Both the position numbers and the translations under genes were made by a program. A stretch of DNA of 64,000 nt from Tubulanus polymorphus (taxonomy: Eukaryota; Animalia; Nemertea), in assembly GCF_964204645.1 (NCBI RefSeq), contig NC_134033.1, forward strand, positions 10,610,655-10,674,654. The letters are read 5' to 3'. The notes under the pieces were generated by a model. The model ran no database searches, was not told the origin of the DNA, and saw nothing but the letters and a program-made list of their open reading frames with translations. Each line of letters opens with the position of its first letter. Position 1 is the stretch's first letter. This document shows, one piece after another, positions 25,161-37,780 of the stretch.

Positions 25161-27028
25161 ATATATGTATCAGTATTGAATTGAACCTGCCGTAAAGTTG
25201 TTTTGGTCGGTGACATTTTTGTGACGCAAAAACCGCGAGACGAACACTGATAGATGTTAATGATGATATGCTCGAATTAAAATCATTATTTCTTTGAGTT
25301 CGTTTTTTTGGCGAATTGGTTCGTTCAACCAGCGGTGTCCAGCTTCACTTCAGGACCGATTTGAAATAGACTAAAATAATGAAGAAATAAAAACGATTAT
25401 AAAGTGTATGGTATTTTTGTAAAGAGCATATCTTATATGGAATTATGAAAATAATTATCATTATTATCAAATCATTACTTTTATCATTATTAAAGTGGTA
25501 AATCTTTTCGTGAAACTGGGTCTTTGGATTCCTTTAGCAATATCATCTCTTGAAAAAAAAACTATTTCATATAAACTTTATTAATGATATTAGGATTATA
25601 AAAATGTTAAATCTTTTTTGTGTGAAGGTGGACCTAATTTGCGCATTTTCTCTAGGAAAGCTCGCTGTATGCTCAGTGAGCTGAGTTGCAAAGTGGTGGC
25701 TTGAGTCGATAAATTTTTCTCAAATCTCAAGACTCGACTTAAACCGTTTCATTGACCGTGGAACTAAAGCGGTATTTAAGACTGACCTTCAATCTAATCT
25801 ACGACCGCGCAACTCGGCCGTGCGTCTTGCACTGGCGAATATTGCCTCTAACGCTGTTCAACGGCTAGAATTCGCAAGGAAAAAGAATACGAAACTTCTC
25901 GAAGAGTTCTAACAAATATAATATATATGAGGTCGACCCGACTGTGGGCCTCCTCGGTTTGTGCGGAGTAGTAACGATGATTTGAAAAAAAAAACTAGCG
26001 ATACTTCTGATCGAGAAATTTGCGACAATAGCCACAGGCCGAATGCCTATAGTGAGCGTTGAATGCTTCAATTTAGCAGCATTTGCATAGAATTTCTATA
26101 AGCCTCAGACCGGCTTTGATGCCGTCGACAATAGCTATTGAAAGAGCTCGAGCAAATCCCGTTGAATCCCCTGAAATTCCTTGACTCGACGGTGAAAGAA
26201 AGCCAGAAAGAAGCCCCGAAACTAGCGGTACAAGGGACAATAGCCCGGCGATTGAATCGGCGAAGCCCGACTCAATGGAAGAGTGACGGATACGTTTTGG
26301 AAACACACGCGGCGCTTTCTGTATTCATATCCACGCACACGGTAAAAATGATAATAAACTCTATGCGTTTGATATCATAGAATCATCGCCTGCGTATATG
26401 AATGAATTTCTGTAGAGGTTTTTACTATTGCATAAAAGACGAAAATATCGAGACATTACACACGAATTGTATTAATAATATTCACCGCTGACGCATAAAT
26501 AAAAATGAAATATTTTTTTGAATCGACACATATAAGCGCACTGGCGGGCGGGAACCAGTGTCGACGACAGATTGACATTTTATTAATTATAGAATTTGTA
26601 ATTATTCAATACAAACACATATGATTAACCCATACAAGTCTCACTCGTCAAAAAAATATGTGTCAACGGTTGTGAGTTCGATTTTTTTTTTTCATTATTT
26701 GCGCAATTAAAAATAAAAGATTAATTACGACGAAATTGGATTCTGTTGAAATTAGAGGAAAATTGATTCGATCTGGTGATGTTCGATATGTTTAATTTCC
26801 GTGATTAAAAATTCCATCCAATTATTACGTCTGAAATGTTTAATTTCTGTGATGATTTTTTCGTACTGTTTATTTCGATCGTATTTTCCAACATCATGTA
26901 GTAAGTGTTTATGATTATTTCGAAGTTCCTGTTTAAGATTGCGCGCAAAGTTCTGGCTTCTTGTCGGCTAATACCATTGAATCTTTTTAAATTTTGAATA
27001 AACGAATTCCGATCGAGTTTCGATTCGA

Positions 27029-27140
27029 CTTTGTAGTTAAAACATTGAAAATTAGAATTAACTAAAATTGACTGAGAGTCATACTGATCTTTACTTTGTA
27101 GTTAAAACATTGAAAATTAACTAACGTTGACTCTGAGAGA
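27029..27140. repeat. Two-copy tandem duplication (64-bp period)
   Basis: ACTTTGTAGTTAAAACATTGAAAATTA occurs at 27029 and 27093. Confidence 0.85.
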
Positions 27141-27871
27141 ATGGATTCAGGGGTTCGGCAACTTTGAGGTGTTCACTTGATTCGAAAATTCATATTTGAA
27201 AAAGCTCTGAATGATCGAGTTAAAGAATTATCTTAGAGTTTCAAACTTAATGCAGACAACTGTGGAACTGTGGCGGAACTGTGGAACTTAAATGCGGAAC
27301 TGCGAAACTGTGGAATTGTAGAAATGTGGAACTGATGTACTTTGGAACTGCAAAACTATAGAAACGTGAAATTGTAGAAAAATCGCTTGTTGATTGACGT
27401 CTGGCGTCAATTTTGATTAATCAGTTTTTCACCGACAAATAAAAAACCCCCGTTGAAATTGAACACGTTAAATTAATAAACCAATAACAGCTTTTTTCGA
27501 CTAATTGATTATTCGAATCACCACGCGACCTTGAGAACCACATCGCGCAACGCAATCGATATTTTCTCCGCCGATTCTGTACTTTTTTCCTTTTTTCCAT
27601 TTATTTATTGCCACCAATTTTAATTTGATTAATCGTCATCACGGATGGGAACGAGGTCGACGCGGAACAATCGATACAAATTAATGAACAGCGCTCGCGC
27701 GTAGGTATACGTGCCAAATTACCGCCTCTATCACTAATTACAACGTCTACGTCTTCCCTCCGCGCAACACCAAGTAACATAAAGACTAGAGATGTTTTAT
27801 TTACACCGGCGGGAGGATAATGAACCATTAATAAATGACGATAAACGCAGAAGACATAATTAGGTCTATTG

Positions 27872-28042
27872 TCTCCCTCTCTCTCCCTCTCTCTTACTCT
27901 CTCTCCGCATCTCGCCATCTCCATCTCTCCCTCTCCCTCTCTCTCCCCTCTCTCACTCTCTCCAACTATCTCGCTCTCTCTCCATCTCTCTCCCTCTCCC
28001 TCTCTCTCTCCCCTCCCTCTGTCTCTCTCCATCCCTCTCCTC
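27872..28042. repeat. CT-rich polypyrimidine tract
   Basis: Almost entirely C and T. Confidence 0.95.
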
Positions 28043-28779
28043 GATAATGTGCGAAGAAGAAGTTACTGCGGCATGTATAAGAAATAAAAACTGATAGAAT
28101 CTACAGATTAACTCAATGAAATGTCTTGTTCATTTTCCAACAGTATCGAGATTTTCGCCTATAAATCCCATTATTACCATGGACTGGTTGCCCGGTTGTA
28201 GCTTAGATTTGAGACCAGTCCAAGGTCGTCTTTAGTTCTGCTCAGTTATACAGTCAATCATACAAATCAAGAACAGTCTTGGAATTCAAGACGGCCGAAT
28301 AAGGACTCGATTGTGACAATTCATCAAAATCCAAATCCTCGGACGTTATTTCGATCTCAAGGTGAAACAGGTGGCTTATAGAAGAATAGCTTCGTACACT
28401 CAGACGTGGAAAATAGATGATCGGATTGAACTCACTGATAATAGAAAGGTTTAAAAAGAAATCTGTTTATCAAGCATTGAAAATAAAAAACAAAATGTCT
28501 CAGAATTTCTATGAAGATTATCGTCCGGTTACGTGAATAAGGTTCCCAAAACTGCACAAGTAGCATGTTTGGGACAGAAAAGTTAAAAAGAAAAAGAAGA
28601 AATTTTTGGATAACACCAACACCTTATTGGTATCTAAGTCTTATATTAATTAGATTGATGAGAAGAACGATAACCACACTAAAACGTGGTGAACGGATAA
28701 TAAGATAAAAACCCACTATTTATAGATTAAAAGAATTTAAAAACAAGAATTTATTTATTCAATCTAAAACATATATAAG

Positions 28780-28821
28780 ACACGACGTTTCGATCTCACC
28801 GTAGAGATCATCGTCAGGTGT
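28780..28821 (-). ncRNA. Short-stem-III (type I) hammerhead ribozyme motif, Penelope-like-element type
   Basis: Minus strand reads ACAC CTGACGA T GATCTC-TACGGT-GAGATC GAAA CGTC GTGT: intact CUGANGA and GAAA core, 6-bp stem II, palindromic ACGU, GUC cleavage triplet and stem I ACAC/GUGU. Confidence 0.75.
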
Positions 28822-30644
28822 GCTAATAGTGGGTTTTTATCTTAAATTGATGAGTAATTTTTTGACTACTCAACGGTTTATGATTGGTAACTTAATTCCT
28901 GGAAGTCGATTTTACGTCATTTTTAAAGAGCACTAATAGAAATTTAAAACGATTGAAATTAAAACGCAATTTCACCTTTTCAAGTCAAAGAATTCAATTC
29001 GCGCATATCGATTATGCGTTGTTATTATTAGAGATGCTTATAGATAGGATGTCTATAGACTACCGGCCAGTATCCGAGGCAACTATAGCGGTGTAATATC
29101 AGTGGATATATAGATGACACCTGTATCGTAGCCGATACCACCTACAGCGCGACCGGGCTTCCATCGCAGAGGGGGGTGTCACATGACGATTCACTCGTCA
29201 CTGTCGCTAGTCGCCTGGAAACTCGCGTTTACCCCTGAGAGCGATCTGACCGCTTAAGAGACAGCGACTTATTGGTGGACATCCGGTATTTGTCGCCGGC
29301 CGGTTTTAAAGTCTGAACGCGACTTTAGCCTTTCCCAGCAGATCAGGGAATCGATTAGTGCACGGTCGAGTAGGACCCGGAGTTAATCGACTTGTCCGAG
29401 CTTGAAGCGACGCCGGATAAACCGGCACGAACCTGTTGGGATCTTGGCACACGTGCGCGTCACAGTCGTCATAAAAGACGTTAAGATATTTAAATATGCG
29501 CGAATTTTATGAATCTTGATCAATCATTGATGATTCGAGGCGGAATCTCTATCGACAAAATTCGTCAAAACATGTTTTTAATTTCGTCAACGAAGAAAAT
29601 ACAATAAAACGTCGTATTTGAAGCCAAGTTTAATTATAGACCAACTATGTAGAAATTTAGAAAAGTTTAGAAACGTAATCCTACTATACACAGAAAAAAT
29701 GAGAAATTGATTCGGTCTCGAAGTTCGTCGAAAAATGTCTTCAATTTTGACAATTAATAAATCACAACAAAAACCAACACATTTGAAGCGTAATTCTATC
29801 AATAACCGATCATTTACAAATTGAAGATTGAAAATGTACTTTTATATAGAAATTAAGGCTCATTGATATTTCGGACTCTCGCTAGACTCAATCGCCGGAT
29901 TTGAGGTGGATTTGATGCGAATCCCGTGGAGACAATTAGTTTCTTAATGAATGAAACATTTTTCGTCAAAATTTCTAGAAATAGTAATTAACGGCGATTT
30001 ATACGAATTGCGAAAAGATCGCTCATTCGGGGCAGCCCGAATACGGAATCAGGTGAATCACGTCATGATAATATTTAGGAGATTACTATCGGTGATTACG
30101 TCATGATGGGAACACCCAGCGGTGATTGTACCGGATGGCAAATAAGCCCCTTATTGTCCGCCATTGATGTTTGATAACTATAATAACTATATATGTATCA
30201 CGGAGAGCATGAAGGATTAGTCGGATTTCTGACTACGGCTCACTTGCCACAGGAGGTGTGTGGTGCTTGGGACGGATGAGCCACGCGGAAGACGACCCCC
30301 TCCCCTCCACGCACAGCGCCGTGGCTTGGCTGCCGGCAACTACACGGGTGCAGAATTCATAATTTTCTCCACGAAAGGAATAAGCCAATAATCCGCTAGA
30401 GGATTTAGAGACGGATTTGAATGGACTTGAATTTAACAAGTGGTTTTTCAAAAGCTCGTTCAAGAACTTTAGGTGCACTACGTCTTCGTTCTTGTGAAGC
30501 GCTATAGAATATTGTGAGAATTTCATACCATAAAGAAATATAGCATGAACGGTGTTCGTGAAATTCAAAATCGATAGGTCAAGTGGAAATATGAAGCTAA
30601 GATGCATTGTCCAGCAGCATGTTGGCGCCCGAAGAGCAAAACTA

Positions 30645-30885
30645 TATAGGTCTTATGGTTGCTAACGATTGGTCGCCCGTAACTCAAACCTTATCTGGAC
30701 TTGAACCTGCAAGCAGCAGCGTGACAGCCGGGCATACCAACCACTAGACCACCAATATTGATCGAGGCAGTACGTCAATCTGTCCATGAGCCGGTCAGAG
30801 TGTCCGGTCAGATTGGTGACCACATACGTAGCTGTGTCTACCAGTCAGGTGTGATGGCTACATATTCACTAACAATACCCGTTAT
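30645..30885 (-). mobile_element. Repeat with internal tRNA-like module (SINE-like), copy 1
   Basis: Minus-strand A box TGGTCTAGTGG (30741-30751), anticodon-like loop CTGTCAC and B box GGTTCAAGTCC (30697-30707). No acceptor stem. Flanks are shared with 50.4 and 62.8 kb. Confidence 0.7.
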
Positions 30886-31699
30886 GAAGGGTATATATAC
30901 ATGTACATTAATAAATCAGTGGCAATGATAGTAATATCAAATCACTGAACGATAACCGACGTTAAACCAAACATTAACCCCCTCACCCGCACACCCCCCA
31001 CACACCTCCCCGCTGCATCCTCGAATATAACCAATAACAATCTATCTAAATCTGTGGTAGACAGTTGAGGTAGTTGAATAACCATAAAAGCGTAAACACG
31101 ATGAATCTCGTTTTCAAATGAGTAAATAAGTTCGTATGTATACGAAAGGTTTTCGGGAACATTTTCCGATCTATCTATACCTCTGACCGAAGCGTACCAA
31201 ACTGCGTTTCAAACATATCACATATCTTATACGTGTATTTATGACAACCGTGATGATAATAATATTTATTTCTATAATTTAACAGCGCCATCTGTCACCC
31301 GGTGACCCCGTAACGACCTTGTTACTCGGCTAACAGTCAAACCTATTTATCCATGCGTAAAACCATATGCTGCAGGTTAATGGCATGAAATAATAAAAAT
31401 ATTGGTATAATTTCCATCGTCGCCTATTATTAAAAATGTAATTGGAAATATGATTCGTTGACAACGCGCACCTGTTCTAGCGCATCTGTTCATTTTGAGT
31501 ATTTGAATTTGAATAAACAAAAGTCGTTAGAACCGTTAATTAATTCCCCATTGTTCGCTATTGCACACATTATCTTTATGTTTACTATAAATAACAGACA
31601 TATGTTTCATTTGCTGTTTGCTGTTGCGCTGTGGTGACTTGAGTCCCGAATGATTTCAAGGCTATAGTTTTATGAGTTCTTTGCCTCTCCAATATTCGG

Positions 31700-31954
31700 T
31701 CTCCCCTCTCTCTTCCTCTCCCCGCTCCCCCTCCGGTCTCCTATCTCCACTCTCCCCCTCTACTCTCCCCTCTTTTTATTCTCCTCTCTCCTCTTCCCTC
31801 TCCCACTCCCCTCTCTCCTCTCACGCTCCCTCCCTCTCCCCTCGCCGCCTCGACTCTCCCCTCCTACCCTCTCACCTCGCACCCTCTCACCTCTCTCCTC
31901 ACCCTCTCACCCTGTCACCTCTCTCCGATCACCCTCTCTCGTCTTTCTCCTCTC

Positions 31955-31996
<42 letters not shown>

Positions 31997-32029
31997 CCCT
32001 CTCACCCCTCCTCCTCTCTCTTTCCCCTC
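31700..32029. repeat. CT-rich polypyrimidine tract with (CT)n core
   Basis: Low-complexity C/T. Confidence 0.95.
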
Positions 32030-32369
32030 TGATCTACGATTGTACTTGAGTACCGCGATGACCATCGTTACATCTCAAATTACTAATCCCGCAGTTCATG
32101 CTTCAGATTAATTGTCCATTATCAACGATCTGTTCAAAACTGGCGGTTTAAAGGAAATTCATTTATTGAACTGCTCACACGTGCGCTGATAGCTGCGCGA
32201 GAGGAGGTGGGCCGAGGATTCACCGTCGAGTGAAGTTTAAAGAGAAGTTGCCATTGTATTCGAGATGATCATCGAACACGGAACTCACTTCACAATAGTC
32301 GAACACGCAATCGAACCGCTGTAACATATGTCATCAGTAATTTCACAGTAATTCACCCAGTCTCCAAAC

Positions 32370-32582
32370 CCCTCATACTCCCTCCCCCTCACCCCTATCC
32401 CTGACTCCTCCCTCCCCCGAGTCTTTCCCTGACCCCTCTCCAAACCCCTGATACTCCCTTCCACTCACCCTTCTCCCTGACTCCTGACCCCTCCCTCCCC
32501 CTGAGCCTCTCCCTGGCCCCTCTCCAAACCCCTGATCTTCCCTCCCCAAGGCCCCTCTGCCTCCCCTGACCCTTCCCTCCCC
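32370..32582. repeat. C-rich degenerate tandem repeat
   Basis: Recurring CTCTCCAAACCCCTGA and CCCCTGAC units. The minus strand is G-rich. Confidence 0.85.
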
Positions 32583-33945
32583 GTCGGTCTCATACACATT
32601 GTCACAATTTTAGTAAAATGAAGAATCCGTCCACATAGACAAGTAACTAATACTATACTTGAAGTAAGAAAACCCACAATATAAGGAATAAAATGAAAGT
32701 TTGTACTTTTTGTAAGTTTGTGCAAATCTATCTAAATCTTATCCGAACGTTTATCTAAAAATTCAAGCAACTTTTACGATACGGCTAAAATGTATATAAA
32801 TCTCGAAAACATCGAGAGAAAAAAGTAAAAAGTAATCAGAAAGTTGTACTTAGAATAGCTGAAATATCTGCATTTTTTAAGATGAAGCAAAACTATAAAT
32901 ATTCATATGTCGTGAGTATAGCATTTTGAATTCAGTTTTCATTTCTTACATCGAAAGATACGGATAAAAATCTGTATGAATATGTCTTACGTATTTCTTG
33001 TACTTCTCGGGGTTTAACGTTACATCGTCGTCGTATAAAACGATTATGAAACTTTATCGAAGTTACAACGTAACGGAGAAGCTTATTACGACGGTTTACG
33101 GGGCGTCCCCTGAGAGTGTTGAGGAGGCGGTTATACGATATCCACATTCGTGCAGCCGAGATCCCGAGAATAAAAGGATTCGAACCCGATCGAGTACGCG
33201 GTTCTGCGCGTTTCCCAGGGGACATTATATACCGTTCCTATACTCGAAACTTGTTTTTTCCGTTTTCGTTTTCCCTATGGACCCGGAATATACGTACAAC
33301 TTAACGAAACTAGTAACATCATTTATTAATAAGCCAAGTTTACGCCGTTCAGACGAAATTCTGTTCAGCGCGCAGAATAGAGCTAAATACCGTACGTATT
33401 CGATACGTGAAAAGTCGGATGTTTAAAACCTAAAACTTAGGTCCCCCGGGGAGGCGCATTCCGCGATACAAAATACATACGATGACGACGGGAATCCGTT
33501 CCTTTAGAATCCCCCGAGTTTGTATCGTGTTTTGATTTTTAAGTTTTTTCATAAAAATAAGTGGATCCCCAGACTTATGTATATATATATTTGCGAGCCG
33601 TGCCTGGTTGAATATTCGTATTTTTTTTATATCGTTTTTGTTTTCGACCGAGTTTCACCAGCGAATATAAACTTCCTCGTATTGGTATTGTTATAACACA
33701 CAATCATCGATTCAAGCTCTTTTTAGAGAAAGAAATTAGATGTTTTTTTACATAACACAATAAAACTGAACTTCGTATGAAGCTATTTGTCGAACACATT
33801 TTTAGCCTAGCCTAAGTCCCACAAGTGATGTTAATATACCTTGGTTTTTTAACTAACGGTTTTGGGGGATCATCAGCTACACACGCCGTCTTTAAAGACC
33901 GGATTTAAAGAATTATTACCAAAACATAAAAGATATATTGCGAAA

Positions 33946-34070
33946 CATTCCTGAAGATGACTATTAGAATATATTCGAAACATATGATATATATTTAAAC
34001 ATTTGGAACATTTGATATATTCGAAACACTATACTAGCTTGAGTAAACATTTCCAGACTCTATTTTCCCT
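33946..34070 (+). mobile_element. Penelope-like terminal-repeat fragment with hammerhead core
   Basis: ATTC CTGAAGA T GACTAT..ATATTC GAAA CATA, followed by the family tail CTAGCTTGAGTAAACATTTCCAGACTC. Confidence 0.55.
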
Positions 34071-34946
34071 TTTCCTAGTTCGCAGGGATTATCATTGTTA
34101 GAAGTTAGTTACTAAACAAGGCGATACATACGTTCGCAGGAACTGCGAGTATTTATAAAATCTACTAAACGAGGAAATAGACCAGTCTACAGTCTACTTA
34201 CCGTAAGAACCTCAGTCCAGGCTTACACGCGTTTCATAAACCGATATAAGCACTCTATTGCGATACTAAAATCCTCACTAGATGAAATACGCCGACTGAT
34301 ATTTTACTGCATGTTGCGACCGCTTTTCAAAACGACCTAACAAACAGTATTAGAGAAACTAATCGTCAACACGGAAAAATCGGCTTCTTCGAGCCGCCAA
34401 AAGAGTCTTTTATTATTCTCTCATCGAAGGCATTTCATTCGTGGTAAAATATGAGACACAGAGGGAAAGAGGGATGTAGACGGGGACACAGACAATCGGT
34501 TGCGTTATTACCACCGTCTCGAGAAAAGGAAGCGTCAAAGCGACGTGAATTGAAACAGCACCACCAGACACACACACAGACGCGGAACAATAGGAACTCC
34601 TCTGTGAAACTCAACGCGAAGAAGAAGCCTAACTATTTTGTTCTCTTGTTTATTATTATGCACAAACGGCTCTGTGGCGGTTGATGAATTTGATACTGGT
34701 GACGTTATATACACGACAGACACAGGCAACGGTTCTTGTAATATGTTATGCAACCGCAGAAGATTGTTTAAAATGTCATGAAGATACGAAGACGCCGCAG
34801 TCGAATTTCGAAAGTTTAAGATGACGGTATTGCGCATACCGCAACTACTAGTAACTTTCCCGAAAAAAAATGTGTTAAGAAATCTTGCAGTGTATGTTAA
34901 GATATTGTGCAGGAGTATGTAAACTTATATTTCCATGTATTTACTC

Positions 34947-35012
34947 TTGTTTTTGTGGCTCGAAAAATTATGCATAATTTGGAGCATTAAAGAATAATCT
35001 AATCTAATCTAT
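34947..35012 (+). repeat. Probable non-LTR retroelement 3' end with (TCTAA)n-like tail; second copy at about 42905-42975
   Basis: GCTCGAAAAATTATGCATAATTTGGAGCATTAAAGAATAATCTAATCTAATC aligns with CCTCGAAAAACTATTTATAATTTGGAGCAATAGAGAATAATCTAATAATC. Confidence 0.5.
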
Positions 35013-35672
35013 GACTTATAAAATCTGGAGTGAATGTAATTGTAACTGTTAACTTTTTATTTTTTGTAATCATGTGCTCCAAACAGAATTGTATAATTTC
35101 TGCAGCAATGAATTTAAATCTGAATCTGAAATCTGAGTATGATAATACATGTACGCCAGTATGATTAATATGACAGTATGACACCAATATGATATACAAT
35201 TTTACAATTTCTTTTAAACCCATAGCAAAAAACTGATTATACTTTTTCCACAAAATATTTGACCGCAAAGAAAAAAGAATTAGAATTCTAATAATAGGTG
35301 CTGTTGCTGCTACGAATACGAATACGAATACTGAAAGGAGCAGATGGCTCCCTCTCTCTCTACCCCAGTAAACGATGCTGTTTGATGATGAATGTCTTTC
35401 TTCTCGTTGCGCAAGTAATGTGTTTCATCACGGGGGCCGCAATCAACATTGTTATTTCTGGTATTTACAAATGTTACGCACGGTAACTGCGCCGATGCCG
35501 CGAACTGTGATGATTGGATTTTCTGATGGAAAATTGTAAATTATCGGCGGCGCATTCCCGACATATTTAACATAACTCCGTCCGATTACACGCGTTACTG
35601 TTACAGCGGGCGATGCTAGATGTGTTTTATTGAAAGGTGTTGTGATTTTTCATTATTTACTGAGCAGGGGAT

Positions 35673-35872
35673 CAGAGGGAGAGAGAGGGTGAGAGGAGAG
35701 GGAGGAGGAAGAGAGGGAGAGAGACGAGAGGAGAGGGAGAGAGGAGAGAGAGGGAGAGGAGAGGGGAGAGAGTAGAGAGAGGTAAGAGGAAATAGGAGAG
35801 AGATGAGAGGTAGAGAGGTGGGAAAGAGAGAAGAAGAGAAGGGAGAGAGGAAATGGGAAGCTAGAGAAGAGA
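35673..35872. repeat. GA-rich polypurine tract
   Basis: Low-complexity G/A. Confidence 0.95.
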
Positions 35873-36749
35873 CAAAGCAAGGGAATCTAGAACGATTTTG
35901 ATTCCGCAGATTCTGGAATCAATCAACCGTTACAAAGTAAAGATATACATTGATGTTCCTGGAAAATCAAAATTCTCATTTAAACGTTAATTTTCTCCTA
36001 TTGTCGCCGTAATACGGACACAATACGGATTAACCGCCGGACTTTAATAATAATTATTCATATCCGGATAAAGAGAATTATCGGCGGCCGCGTCGATGAA
36101 CAATTAAACCGAGGCGCAATAACTACGAATAGTCTTACGATTAAAAGGCGCGATTAAATCAGACAATAGCCGACCTATCATTGATGTATATACGCGCCAG
36201 GTCCAGACAATAGGTCCTATTAGAAATACGCATACAGTGGTGTGGTTGGTGATTGCCCTAAAAACTTCTGCCGATAAAACAGAATCAATTAGCGTTGAGT
36301 AGTTAATTAACGTGGTCGCATTGTTAATTAACTACGTTTTCCCAACAATTAAGAAGCAACGTAAACTATTATGCGAATTGGTTTTATTTTTACGTCGGAT
36401 GATTTTTAACCGAAGCAAACAGCGCAACAACGAGGGCTTTGTTATAATAAAGCGTTCTAATCGGGAACAAAATATTCTATTACGCAATAGATGTTTTTAG
36501 AAGTAGTTATCTCGGAGGTCGGGTTAATTTTATGTCGCCGTCACCGGATTGCTATGAATTGTTCAAATCAAATTATATTGTCGTAACGAAAATAAAATCG
36601 TTCAATTCAAATTTTTTCTAAAAAAAAAACTTTATACGTCTGTTGGTTTCAATGGACAAGTGTCTGTCCCTAATTCGATTGAAGAAAAGCCACAATGGGA
36701 TTTTAAGGAAAACTTGGAGAACAGTTTCGACTCGAAAGGAAATATAGCT

Positions 36750-37780
36750 CACATAGAATTGAATCAAGACGTCACAGCTCTCTTAGTTTTGAAAATGGCT
36801 CATAGAATTGAGTCTAAACGTCACCACTCTCATAGCTTTTTAAAATGGTTCGCTGAATTGTGTCTAAACGTCACTACTCTCTTAGTTTTGAAAATGGCTC
36901 GTAGAATTGAGTCCAAACGTCACTACTCTATTAGTTTTGAAAATGGCTCATAGAATTAAGTCTAAACGTCACAACTCTCATAGCTTTTTAAAATGGTTCA
37001 CTGAATTGTGTCTAAACGTCACTACTCTCTTAGTTTTGAAAATGGCTCGTAGAATTGAGTCCAAACGTCACCACTCTCTTAGTTTTGAAAATGGCTCATA
37101 GATTTGTGTCTAAACGTCACTACTCTCTTAGTTTTGAAAATGGCTCATAGAATTGAGTCTAAACGTCACTACTCTCTTAGTTTTGAAAATGGCTCATAGA
37201 ATTGAGTCTAAACGTCACAACTCTCATAGCTTTTTAAAATGGTTCGCTGAATTGTGTCTAAACGTCACTACTCTCTTAGTTTTGAAAATGGCTCGTAGAA
37301 TTGAGTCCAAACGTCACTACTCTATTAGTTTTGAAAATGGCTCATAGAATTAAGTCTAAACGTCACAACTCTCATAGCTTTTTAAAATGGTTCACTGAAT
37401 TGTGTCTAAACGTCACTACTCTCTTAGTTTTGAAAATGGCTCGTAGAATTGAGTCCAAACGTCACCACTCTCTTAGTTTTGAAAATGGCTCATAGATTTG
37501 TGTCTAAACGTCACAACTCTCTAAGTTTTGAAAATGGCTCATAGAATTGAGTCTAAACGTCACCACTCTCTTAGTTTTGAAAATGGCTCATAGAATTGAG
37601 TATAAACGTCACTATTCTCTTAGTTTTGAAAATGGCTCCTAGAATTGAGTCTAAACGTCACAACTCTCTAAGTTTTGAAAATAGCTCGTAGAATTGAGTC
37701 TAAACGTCACTACTCTCTGAGTTTTAAAAATGGCTCATAAAATTTAGTCTGAACGTCACTACCCTCGTAGTTTTGAAAAA
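36750..37780. repeat. 49/50-bp minisatellite, about 21 copies, with 148-bp and 394-bp higher-order periods
   Basis: Unit GTCTAAACGTCACTACTCTCTTAGTTTTGAAAATGGCTCATAGAATTGA. The 50-bp variant occurs at 36831, 36979, 37225 and 37373. Confidence 0.97.

Noticed and set aside
30690-30760. tRNA-Asp(GTC) gene
   Set aside because: A/B boxes are present but there is no acceptor stem or poly-T terminator. Sibling copies have a different anticodon-loop sequence and shared non-tRNA flanks, so it is a repeat.
31283-31298. CTCF-like CAGCGCCATCTGTCAC (and GCACTAGGGGGTATT at 22352)
   Set aside because: Only half-matches and isolated, so too weak to call.
30233-33426. 124-aa (30233-30607) and 142-aa (32998-33426) ORFs
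   Set aside because: No homology that I recognise; lengths are compatible with chance in 64 kb.
36750-37780. CRISPR array or repeat protein
   Set aside because: Head-to-tail monomers without unique spacers, eukaryotic context and no cas genes. The 49-bp unit shifts frame and introduces stops.
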